A DNA stretch of 30,444 nucleotides from assembly GCA_030018555.1 (NCBI GenBank), contig JASEHY010000001.1, positions 1-30,444 of the forward strand. The letters are read 5' to 3'. The notes under the pieces are model-generated. The model was not told the DNA's origin. It saw nothing but the letters and a program-made list of their open reading frames with translations, and searched no databases. Positions 23,681 through 30,444 of this stretch are shown in pieces. Within the stretch, counting starts at the first letter, position 1; each line of letters starts with the position of its first letter. This stretch comes from Planctomycetota bacterium (GTDB lineage: Bacteria > Planctomycetota > MHYJ01 > JACQXL01). Position numbers and translations under genes: made by a program.

Positions 23681-24054
23681 TTTCTTTCCCAATCTTCTAT
23701 GGTAATGTTATAAGGCACGCCGAGCCAATTACCTTCCTTATCTTTAGTAAGCAGGCTTACCGCCCAGATATGAAATACGGGCGGGTGCGCTTTTTGTTCC
23801 CACGCCCAGCTCTCGTATTGGTTCATCGGGCAATTATCTATCGGGCATACAAACGCATCTTCATTTTTAGGTTGCGGCACATCTTCGCTTGCGGGTTTAA
23901 AATCTTCGGCTTTTAATTCATCGCCAACCTTAATCTCGTCTTTCTGGTAATTATATAAATGCCTTTTGCAATGTGGGCAGTAAATAGGGATTTCAGCAAA
24001 TACTAATACAGCAGAAAATAGTAATAAAATAGTAGTTAGAAATAGTTTCTTCAT
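23677..24054 (-). CDS. Exported Cys-containing protein between terL and portal
   Basis: Signal MKKLFLTTILLLFSAVLVFA; CPHC and CPIDNC motifs. Confidence 0.65.
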   Translation of the reverse strand: MKKLFLTTILLLFSAVLVFAEIPIYCPHCKRHLYNYQKDEIKVGDELKAEDFKPASEDVPQPKNEDAFVCPIDNCPMNQYESWAWEQKAHPPVFHIWAVSLLTKDKEGNWLGVPYNITIEDWERK

Positions 24055-25724
24055 CCTCTCCCCGCAAATACAGCCCAGGGATTAGCTCTTGAGGCCGCCA
24101 ATCGCTCATCCCTTAATTTTGAATATTCACCGAAAGTCATCTCATCTCTGCTTTCAACAATCTTTACCTCATCAGGGGCAACCGTGCTTATTCTGTTTAT
24201 AAAAGTCATAGTATCCAGAAGGTCGTCGTGTTCACACAAAGGAAACTGTAACATCTCAAATTCCATTTCAGTCGTAAGGTCATACTTTCTGCTATCTGTA
24301 AAACTCATTCGTTCAATTACACCCTTTTGCGGCCAGAACCAGTTATGATTAGCATAATCAGGAATTATACTCCGTATCCTGTCCTCTTTGGAAACCATAG
24401 ATGAGCTAATCTCCTCTATGGTAAAAAACATCCTTTCTTTGCGCCTTGTTTCCTCCAGATAAAAGCAGTCCGTCTCTTGAAATCCCACCGCTTCCCATCC
24501 GCAGGATTTGATATTCCATTTCTTTGCCAGCGCAATCGCTAAATCAACCCTCTGTTTGGGGTCAAGTTTATCTCTTAATCCATCGGCGATAAACTTCTTT
24601 ATTCTATTATCGGATTTTACCAAGCCGATAATCACCATTACTGTCCAGTCGCTTCTTTTTTTCTTGCGGCTTGCGGGATCAACCAGAAGATAATAATTAC
24701 ATTCTCTTGGTAAGGCGGTGTAATACTGTATCATTTCTTTTTTAAACTGCATTCTTGCTGGGTCTTCAGGTTTCAAAAGATGCTGGCAATTATATACCCA
24801 GGGGGCTAATCCTGATTTTATAATAGCGATGTCGCTTCGTATAAATCTCTCGGTATGCGTCGGATTACCTAAACCGTCTTCAAGGGGTATTTCTATCAGT
24901 TTTATAGCAGGATCGTCTTTTTTCACCGAATATAAGTCGTTAAAATGATACCTTGTCCCGCTATAATCCTGAAGTTTATATTTCGGATTTGAAAAATGCC
25001 CAGCATTAAACCTGTCATCATAATCCCTTGTCTTCCTTAGCTGTTCTTTGGTAGAAACGCTATCCTGGTGTTCCATATCGTCCTTCTTTGATAGGTCCCA
25101 GTGCCGTCCGGTGATTTCCGTGCCTACGCCTATGGCCTCTATACTGTCTTCCGAGCGGCTGAAATCAGTTTTATTGGCTAATGAGAACCCGCCCAGATTA
25201 CCCCATTCCTTAGACTTGGGAATACATTCGGGGAAAAGAGTTTTAATCGGGGTATTCAGGAAGTAGCTTTTAACGACTTGCAGATTATCCGATGAGTTAG
25301 TCTGTATGTTATGCACCAGCACCATACGGATATTGGGGAAATTCAGCAGGAGTTGCAGGGAGTGAACCTTGATAACTATGGTCGTTTTATAAAATCCTCT
25401 ATGACAAAGATAAAGCCGTTGTATTCGTTCATCGAATTCCGTCTCCTCTGGTGTAAGCATAAACTCCGAAGGAGGATGAAGCCCAAGCCTTACTACCTGC
25501 CAATTCATAAGGCTTACTTCATCGCAGAAATCTTTAAACACACTCGGAAGCCGCTCAATCTCTTTATTTCCTGTAAGGCAACAAAGGTAATAAAGGTCAT
25601 TCCTGCAAAGCCAGCGGCGTTTATCCCGAAGAAGTATCCCTGCCACAGTTTCGGATTTTGCCATACGGATAGCTTCATCCCACTGTTGACATTTAGCTTC
25701 TATTGATTGACGGAGTTTATTCAT
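24051..25724 (-). CDS. terL: Terminase large subunit
   Basis: ATPase motif HRGFYKTT, GRHWD...DD, GTRYH..DLY, and RNase H-like nuclease YLLVDPA...SDWT, EAVGFQ, HDDLLD. Confidence 0.92.
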   Translation of the reverse strand: MNKLRQSIEAKCQQWDEAIRMAKSETVAGILLRDKRRWLCRNDLYYLCCLTGNKEIERLPSVFKDFCDEVSLMNWQVVRLGLHPPSEFMLTPEETEFDERIQRLYLCHRGFYKTTIVIKVHSLQLLLNFPNIRMVLVHNIQTNSSDNLQVVKSYFLNTPIKTLFPECIPKSKEWGNLGGFSLANKTDFSRSEDSIEAIGVGTEITGRHWDLSKKDDMEHQDSVSTKEQLRKTRDYDDRFNAGHFSNPKYKLQDYSGTRYHFNDLYSVKKDDPAIKLIEIPLEDGLGNPTHTERFIRSDIAIIKSGLAPWVYNCQHLLKPEDPARMQFKKEMIQYYTALPRECNYYLLVDPASRKKKRSDWTVMVIIGLVKSDNRIKKFIADGLRDKLDPKQRVDLAIALAKKWNIKSCGWEAVGFQETDCFYLEETRRKERMFFTIEEISSSMVSKEDRIRSIIPDYANHNWFWPQKGVIERMSFTDSRKYDLTTEMEFEMLQFPLCEHDDLLDTMTFINRISTVAPDEVKIVESRDEMTFGEYSKLRDERLAASRANPWAVFAGRG

Positions 25725-25831
25725 AAATAAAGGCGACCCTTGATAGCGTATCAGAAGAACCCGCTATTAGGTATCGCCTTAATTAGTATTCAGCCTTAAG
25801 GTTATTTAATTGCTAAAAATTCTTTTTCTGT

Positions 25832-26002
25832 TTATGTAAAATATTCTATTTCGTTACCAACAATATCCTCAAATGCTTCTCGTAACTCTTTACAGTTCTT
25901 CATTTCATCATTATTTTTATTCCAATCGCACTTTCTTTCGTGGCACTTAAACGCATATAGCAGGTGATGCCATTTTTCTAGAGGTATTTTAATCTTCTTC
26001 AT
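25832..26002 (-). CDS. Small hypothetical protein
   Basis: Track ORF 25832-26023; the likely start is the ATG at 26002 (MKKIKIPLEKW...). Confidence 0.45.
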   Translation of the reverse strand: MKKIKIPLEKWHHLLYAFKCHERKCDWNKNNDEMKNCKELREAFEDIVGNEIEYFT

Positions 26003-26135
26003 TTTTTTCAAATAGTTTCTCACGCCAATTTTTATCTATTTTATTCATAAACTTTTTATTCAAGCAAAATCCTTGTAGCTCTTTTTTATCTGTCTCAATA
26101 ATTTCAATCTTCTTCGCTAACAACCGTTTCTTCAT
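25989..26135 (-). CDS. Small basic hypothetical protein (48 aa)
   Basis: Manual translation MKKRLLAKKIEIIETDKKELQGFCLNKKFMNKIDKNWREKLFEKNEED; overlaps its neighbours in a chain. Confidence 0.35.
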   Translation of the reverse strand: MKKRLLAKKIEIIETDKKELQGFCLNKKFMNKIDKNWREKLFEKNEED

Positions 26136-26274
26136 CGCATCTGATAGGTTCTGGAGTGAGCGGATAAACTAAAATCACCCTGCTTTGGCCTCTTTTGATG
26201 AATGCCACCTTTACCTCTCCGCCCCTGTAGTATGCTTGCTTGCACTGTTGCCAAAGAACTTCCTTCCAATTCAC
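26104..26274 (-). CDS. Small hypothetical protein (56 aa, GTG start)
   Basis: GTGA overlap with the upstream ORF; MNWKEVLWQQCKQAYYRGG... Confidence 0.4.
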   Translation of the reverse strand: MNWKEVLWQQCKQAYYRGGEVKVAFIKRGQSRVILVYPLTPEPIRCDEETVVSEED

Positions 26275-26435
26275 CTATCCCTCATTTTCAGCCACCATTT
26301 AACCTTAAAAATGACAAGGATAGCAATTAAGATAATTATTAAATCTAAATCAAAGAGGATATAGGCGATTGCCCGCTTATACTGGTAGTTCTCTATAATT
26401 TTACAAAGAGCGTCTTTTAAAAAAAGAAAACTCAT
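26271..26435 (-). CDS. Small single-TM protein (54 aa)
   Basis: MSFLFLKDAL...LIIILIAILVIFKVKWW. Confidence 0.4.
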   Translation of the reverse strand: MSFLFLKDALCKIIENYQYKRAIAYILFDLDLIIILIAILVIFKVKWWLKMRDR

Positions 26436-26475
26436 ACTTCAAATTTATATTTTTTTTCTGAAAAAATTTTATTCA

Positions 26476-26499
26476 TTTTAGGAATTATTTTAGGAATTA
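26476..26499. repeat. Perfect 12-bp tandem repeat (TTTTAGGAATTA x2)
   Basis: Read directly at 26476-26487 and 26488-26499. Confidence 0.85.
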
Positions 26500-26648
26500 G
26501 GTTCTGAATTTTTGGTATATAAGGGGTGAGAGGGGGAAGAGACATATACCCCTCCCCTCCCCCAGACTCCCTCATCCTTACTCTGTTCAACCTCTAAGCG
26601 CAGAGCGTCTATTCTGCGCCTCAAATCCTCAAACTGTTCTACGGTCAT
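26490..26648 (-). CDS. Possible 52-aa ORF with a coiled-coil N-terminal half
   Basis: AGGT RBS, then MTVEQFEDLRRRIDALRLEVEQSKDEG; the C-terminal half runs through low-complexity DNA. Confidence 0.35.
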   Translation of the reverse strand: MTVEQFEDLRRRIDALRLEVEQSKDEGVWGRGGVYVSSPSHPLYTKNSEPNS

Positions 26649-26798
26649 CTATTACCTATCTGCAATACCTGCTATGTGCGTCCAGAGCGTCAAGGTTGCG
26701 TTATCTCTATGAAGTAGCCTTTGCTATGCCCAAAATTGCCGTTGAGCCTTACCCTATTAGAACGCAAAATAGAGGCACTTCGTATAATATATTTTATG

Positions 26799-27263
26799 TT
26801 AACTACACAGCGTCGGAGACCTTTCTTTTTCGCTGTCCAATACTACATCTTGTGTTATGTCTATTGGCATAGTTATGCGAGTATTTAGCAATCCCCGAAT
26901 ACGGCTCATTTCTTCTTTTTCCTCGTCGGTAAGGACGATTTTATGGGCTTCTGCAATACCGCAGATAAATTTAGCGATTGAGACGAGACAAGCATTCAAT
27001 GCTGAAGCATCTTTATTTTCTCTGGCCAATGCGCAAGCACTACGAAACTCCGTCAATAACCATTGTGGCGTTACATCGGCTAACTTTAATTCTGTCTCTA
27101 TTTCTTTCAAGCAACATTTTACCACAGGAAAATTGGCATCGCAGTGCCCATCCGCTACCTTCTCGGAGTAACCGGCGTTTTTTAAGGACTGTCTTATAGA
27201 TATACCGCGCAATAGACTTTCTTTAACTCTTGCCTTCCTTATTGGGTTTATCGTTACCGGCAT
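26799..27263 (-). CDS. terS: Terminase small subunit
   Basis: N-terminal HTH with SLKNAGYS motif; TPQWLLTEF oligomerisation-type helix; upstream of terL. Confidence 0.75.
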   Translation of the reverse strand: MPVTINPIRKARVKESLLRGISIRQSLKNAGYSEKVADGHCDANFPVVKCCLKEIETELKLADVTPQWLLTEFRSACALARENKDASALNACLVSIAKFICGIAEAHKIVLTDEEKEEMSRIRGLLNTRITMPIDITQDVVLDSEKERSPTLCS

Positions 27264-27468
27264 ATATTTTTATTGATGATGATATAGTTCGCCACAATTG
27301 AGGGGTGGCGAAAAATAATAGTTAGCTTACGGGCTAATCCGCTCTGCGATGGTATACCGTAGAGATTATCAGGGGCGCTGTGCTTATGGCGACGCGCATC
27401 AGCCGCTGCTTATTGCGGCTATTGCCCTGTTTTTTAGCCCAGCCAGCGCGCTGATTTTTTTCACCTCT

Positions 27469-27496
27469 AATATACCACATTTTATTATCTTGTCAA
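27469..27496 (-). promoter_or_regulatory. Leftward sigma70-type promoter for the terS/morphogenesis operon
   Basis: TTGACA (27496-27491), 16-nt spacer, TG-G-TATATT (27474-27469). Confidence 0.65.
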
Positions 27497-27597
27497 GCTG
27501 TTATCTGGTTTTTTGTTCTTGTCCGGATTGCCTTGTTATCCATAAATCTTTTTTTCCTCTTTTCTCGTCGCTGTCAAAAAATAAATAAAAATAATCC

Positions 27598-27625
27598 TTG
27601 ACACCGTGGTATGTTATGGTATACT
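27598..27625 (+). promoter_or_regulatory. Rightward sigma70-type promoter for the plus-strand cassette
   Basis: TTGACA (27598-27603), 16-nt spacer, TG-G-TATACT (27620-27625). Confidence 0.75.
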
Positions 27626-27653
27626 TTACATAGGTGGGAGAGAGAGAAATAAG

Positions 27654-27992
27654 ATGGAAAAAATAAGAATATATCATGTAATGCGACGGCAGTGGGATGG
27701 CCAAGATATTGCTCCGAAACCTGATAGAGCGCGCATCTGGGACGAGGATTACGGCGGCCATCCTACCGCGGCGGATGGGATATCGGTGCATACAGAGTTA
27801 GCGGAGGCCCAGCGAATGGCTGAGCGTTGGTGCGGCTCAGGCATCTGGGTATGGGGGATCGTCTCAGCTGAGATGTATCCTGACGAGTTCGCAGGGCGCG
27901 ATGGTGAGGGATACCTGACGGTGTATCGCATACCCGCACAGGCAGTGACTATAATCAAACCACAAAAAACCCACGGTCAGCCGCACCGATGA
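27654..27992 (+). CDS. Hypothetical protein, first gene of the plus-strand cassette
   Basis: The likely start is the ATG at 27654 after GGGAGAGAG; the track start at 27606 lies inside the promoter. Confidence 0.65.
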   Translation: MEKIRIYHVMRRQWDGQDIAPKPDRARIWDEDYGGHPTAADGISVHTELAEAQRMAERWCGSGIWVWGIVSAEMYPDEFAGRDGEGYLTVYRIPAQAVTIIKPQKTHGQPHR

Positions 27993-28013
27993 GCGGCACA
28001 GGGAGAAAATAAG

Positions 28014-28208
28014 ATGACATATACAATGATTAGCGCAGAATATGGACACGGAAAAGAAATTGAAAGTTTTGAATGTTCAAATCATCAAGAGGCGCGAAAG
28101 AAAATAGTCAACTCACAAAATAAATATGATTGTGTATTCGTCCGAACCACTACAAAGACGGGAAAAACTAAATCTTATTCAATGCCAGAGGTATATGCGA
28201 AATGGTAA
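28014..28208 (+). CDS. Small hypothetical protein
   Basis: RBS GGGAG; 64 aa. Confidence 0.6.
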   Translation: MTYTMISAEYGHGKEIESFECSNHQEARKKIVNSQNKYDCVFVRTTTKTGKTKSYSMPEVYAKW

Positions 28209-28567
28209 AAAATATAACTATCTTAATCTTTTTTTTCTTTGCCTCCCCTGCTTTTGCCGAGCCTCTCTGGCACAATTATAGCGATAGCCAAATTGTAGAG
28301 GCCATAGGCAAAGCGGAAAACAGCCGCAAATTTCCCTATGGAATTAAGAGCATAAATACACACTCTAACATTGCCTATGCCCGCAAGATATGCCTGCAAA
28401 GCGTCAAGAATGGGCGTAAGCGCTGGGAAAAGGCAGGGCGGCCTGTAGACCTTATAGAATATATCTCAAGACGTTATTGCCCGGTAAACGCTCCAGATGA
28501 TAATGGGACAAACCGTTTCTGGAGCAGAAATGTAAAAAACTTTTTGAGGAAAGGAGTAAAAAAATGA
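28202..28567 (+). CDS. Secreted lysozyme-superfamily (glucosaminidase/transglycosylase-like) protein
   Basis: Signal ending SPAFA; IVEAIGKAENS (candidate catalytic Glu), YGI, and RRYCP...N..W.RNV..F resembling glucosaminidase-like C-termini. Confidence 0.55.
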   Translation: MVKNITILIFFFFASPAFAEPLWHNYSDSQIVEAIGKAENSRKFPYGIKSINTHSNIAYARKICLQSVKNGRKRWEKAGRPVDLIEYISRRYCPVNAPDDNGTNRFWSRNVKNFLRKGVKK

Positions 28568-28686
28568 GAATTGAAAAATACGGCAGGTTCTGGGCTGTTT
28601 ATGATGGATTAGAGATATTAGTCTGTATCACAGTTTATAAAAAAGGCGCATTAGAAGTTATTAGGAGATTAACGATAAAAGAATAA
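28564..28686 (+). CDS. Small hypothetical protein (40 aa)
   Basis: ATGA overlap and AGGAG RBS; MRIEKYGRFWAVYDGLEILVCITVYKKGALEVIRRLTIKE. Confidence 0.6.
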   Translation: MRIEKYGRFWAVYDGLEILVCITVYKKGALEVIRRLTIKE

Positions 28687-28700
28687 AATAGGGGGCTAAA

Positions 28701-28835
28701 ATGTTACAAGCGCACCACACACTGGCATTAAACGAAGCAGAGGAAAAGCAATATCAGGAGCTAAAGAAAAAAGGGATAAAGCTCATTGAGATATTCCGGG
28801 CAGGATTAAAGCTGTATCAGGAAAAAAGGAAATAA
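28701..28835 (+). CDS. Small ribbon-helix-helix-like DNA-binding protein (44 aa)
   Basis: RBS AGGGGG; MLQAHHTLALNEAEEKQYQELKKKGIKLIEIFRAGLKLY shows a strand-helix-helix pattern. Confidence 0.45.
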   Translation: MLQAHHTLALNEAEEKQYQELKKKGIKLIEIFRAGLKLYQEKRK

Positions 28836-29049
28836 ACTTCTCGCACTTTTCAACCTGTATTCTGTTCGGCCTTCTCGGCTCAATATAGTATAAATGATTA
28901 GTCCTGCCGTATACGCACCAGATTATCTGTGCCTTGCCGTTCTTTTGCTTCTTTTCCCATATAGGGCCAATATCTCCAAATCGCTCGGTTACTTCATCGC
29001 TGTCCATTCTTTTGGTTTTTAGGTTATAGCAATCTACGCACCGGTGCAT
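28783..29049 (-). CDS. Cys-containing hypothetical protein
   Basis: CVDC at the N-terminus; last gene of the leftward operon from the right; overlaps the plus-strand cassette end convergently. Confidence 0.5.
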   Translation of the reverse strand: MHRCVDCYNLKTKRMDSDEVTERFGDIGPIWEKKQKNGKAQIIWCVYGRTNHLYYIEPRRPNRIQVEKCEKFISFFPDTALILPGISQ

Positions 29050-29053
29050 TTGT

Positions 29054-29332
29054 TTATTTTAAAACTTCTTTATTGGCTCTACTTATTGACTTTATTGATT
29101 TATATAACTTTTCTACCCATTTTCTATGATTATTCCCTAAGCAGGAAACATCACAAAGAATTTTTAAGCCAAAATCTTTATACATCAACGGAAATCCCTT
29201 GAAAAATTCATACTCATCCCTTCCTATGCCTTTATCGGCTAAAAATACTATAATTAGTTTAGAACTAATGGTTAAATCAAAGCTCTCTTGATATTCCGTA
29301 AATTGTTTTTTTGAGCATTTAACTATCTGCAA
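29054..29332 (-). CDS. Hypothetical protein (TTG start)
   Basis: AGGAG RBS 5 nt upstream of the TTG. Confidence 0.55.
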   Translation of the reverse strand: MQIVKCSKKQFTEYQESFDLTISSKLIIVFLADKGIGRDEYEFFKGFPLMYKDFGLKILCDVSCLGNNHRKWVEKLYKSIKSISRANKEVLK

Positions 29333-29334
29333 GT

Positions 29335-29481
29335 TTACTCCTTATTTCTATACTCAATAAGCCAGGCCCTTACCCTGATAAGTTCTTTAATCGCCTCATC
29401 ACAATTCTTTATTGCTTCATCGCATTTATCGTTAATGGCTTTTTCCTGCAATATCTCCTCTGCCTGTTTTATAATATCCAT
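29335..29481 (-). CDS. Small helical protein (48 aa)
   Basis: AGGAG RBS; MDIIKQAEEILQEKAINDKCDEAIKNCDEAIKELIRVRAWLIEYRNKE. Confidence 0.6.
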   Translation of the reverse strand: MDIIKQAEEILQEKAINDKCDEAIKNCDEAIKELIRVRAWLIEYRNKE

Positions 29482-29496
29482 AGGGTCTCCTTTTGT

Positions 29497-30264
29497 TTAA
29501 ACAAACATCTCCGTAACCGTATTAGCGATTCTTCTCTCCGCAATCTCGCAGTATTTTGGGGATAATTCTATGCCGATAAAGTTTCTGCCCAGCTCTTTAC
29601 AGGCAACTCCCGTTGTTCCTGAGCCCATAAAAATATCCATTATAGTATCGCCTGGATTACTATTAACTTCTATTAAATGTCGCATAAGTTTCAAAGGTTT
29701 TTCGGTGGGATGTTCAGTTTCTTTATATGCCGAAGCATTTGGGCTTAAGAAATAGTTAGACATATATTTTTGGTGTTTAAAATTCTTTAATTTACTCTTA
29801 CCTTTGCTGCCGACCCAGATATGTTCTGTCGCACTATTCCAATTTACTTTCCGAAAAGAAGGGACAGGATTAGTTTTCGCCCAGACATAAATGCAGCGAG
29901 ACTTTATATTATTCGCAGGAGCGAGCATTAAATCAAATAACCCTGTTTTTTGTTTATCAAAAAATATATAAATCCATGCTCCTTCTTTTAAAACACGACA
30001 GCATTCTTTAAACCATAAAGCAACCCAATCAAAATATTCTTTATCATTTTTCCATTTTCTGTCCCATTCTCCAAAATCCAACCCTATATTAGTCCTTCTT
30101 TTCCAACGGTATTTTTTTATATCACGATATATGGCTTTTCCTTCTTGACTAATATTATATGGTGGATCAGTAAGAATTAAGTCAATACTTTCATCTGGCA
30201 TAGTCTTTAACACTTCCAGAGCGTCTCCCTCCACAATCCTATTCATCCGAGGGGTCAGGGGCAT
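29497..30264 (-). CDS. Orphan N6-adenine/N4-cytosine DNA methyltransferase, beta class
   Basis: Motif IV LILTDPPY near the N-terminus and motif I DIFMGSGTTG near the C-terminus, with HPTEKP and GIEL; no adjacent restriction enzyme in the window. Confidence 0.93.
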   Translation of the reverse strand: MPLTPRMNRIVEGDALEVLKTMPDESIDLILTDPPYNISQEGKAIYRDIKKYRWKRRTNIGLDFGEWDRKWKNDKEYFDWVALWFKECCRVLKEGAWIYIFFDKQKTGLFDLMLAPANNIKSRCIYVWAKTNPVPSFRKVNWNSATEHIWVGSKGKSKLKNFKHQKYMSNYFLSPNASAYKETEHPTEKPLKLMRHLIEVNSNPGDTIMDIFMGSGTTGVACKELGRNFIGIELSPKYCEIAERRIANTVTEMFV

Positions 30265-30443
30265 TTTACTTTCATTATTCCTGTTCCGTATAGCATTATA
30301 TCTTTGTGCATTTTTCGGAATAGGGGTTTCATTTTGTCTAAATTATAAGAAGTAACTGCCGATAATACCATTTCTTCTTTAGACGGTCTTCCCTTGGTCT
30401 TATTTTTCTTTCTTACTCGGCAAAAGTAATCCTTTATACTGAT
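30255..30443 (-). CDS. 3' end of a hypothetical protein, truncated at the window edge
   Basis: Open frame ISIKDYFCRVRKK...GTGIMKVKCP* overlapping the MTase start. Confidence 0.5.
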   Translation of the reverse strand: MSIKDYFCRVRKKNKTKGRPSKEEMVLSAVTSYNLDKMKPLFRKMHKDIMLYGTGIMKVKCP

Positions 30444-30444
30444 A

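Noticed and set aside
25060-25110. TerL Walker B region reads WDLSKKDD rather than four hydrophobic residues before DD
   Set aside because: All other ATPase and nuclease motifs are intact and Walker B varies among terminases. Without an alignment I cannot call it abnormal.
29380-29430. Short duplication CDEAIKN/CDEAIKE in the 48-aa ORF
   Set aside because: A single heptad duplication in a helical protein, with no sign of a larger repeat system.
29497-30264. Methyltransferase as part of a restriction-modification or defence system
   Set aside because: No nuclease or specificity subunit is adjacent within the window. Orphan MTases are common in phages.
1-30444. CRISPR arrays, tRNA/rRNA genes, integrase or att sites, diversity-generating retroelement, recoded stop codons
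   Set aside because: I saw no regularly spaced repeats, cloverleafs, reverse transcriptase or recombinase. Genes tile normally under the standard code. The only in-frame interruption is explained by the intron.

Overview
This is a roughly 30 kb segment of a tailed dsDNA phage or prophage with a podovirus-like (short-tail) gene order and no tape-measure gene. Almost all genes are on the minus strand. Reading right to left: a beta-class DNA methyltransferase and small genes; a small plus-strand cassette with its own promoter; terS, terL, portal and scaffold; a major capsid gene split by an HNH-encoding group I intron; a decoration protein; an O-antigen-ligase/O-oligosaccharyltransferase-like membrane protein; two coiled-coil proteins; adaptor, nozzle, tail fibre and chaperone; a GNAT-like protein and three ejection proteins; further fibre/spike proteins; a small membrane-protein (lysis/egress) cluster; and a free-standing HNH endonuclease cut off at the window edge. 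The most striking signal is that 11 ORFs begin with classical Sec/SPase I signal peptides. These include the tail nozzle, tail fibre, fibre chaperone, tailspike and capsid decoration protein, whereas portal, capsid, scaffold, adaptor and ejection proteins have none. Together with the ligase/OTase-like gene and paired cysteines in the exported proteins, this suggests that part of the virion is made in the periplasm. All product calls come from motif recognition and gene order by eye. No database searches or structure predictions were run.
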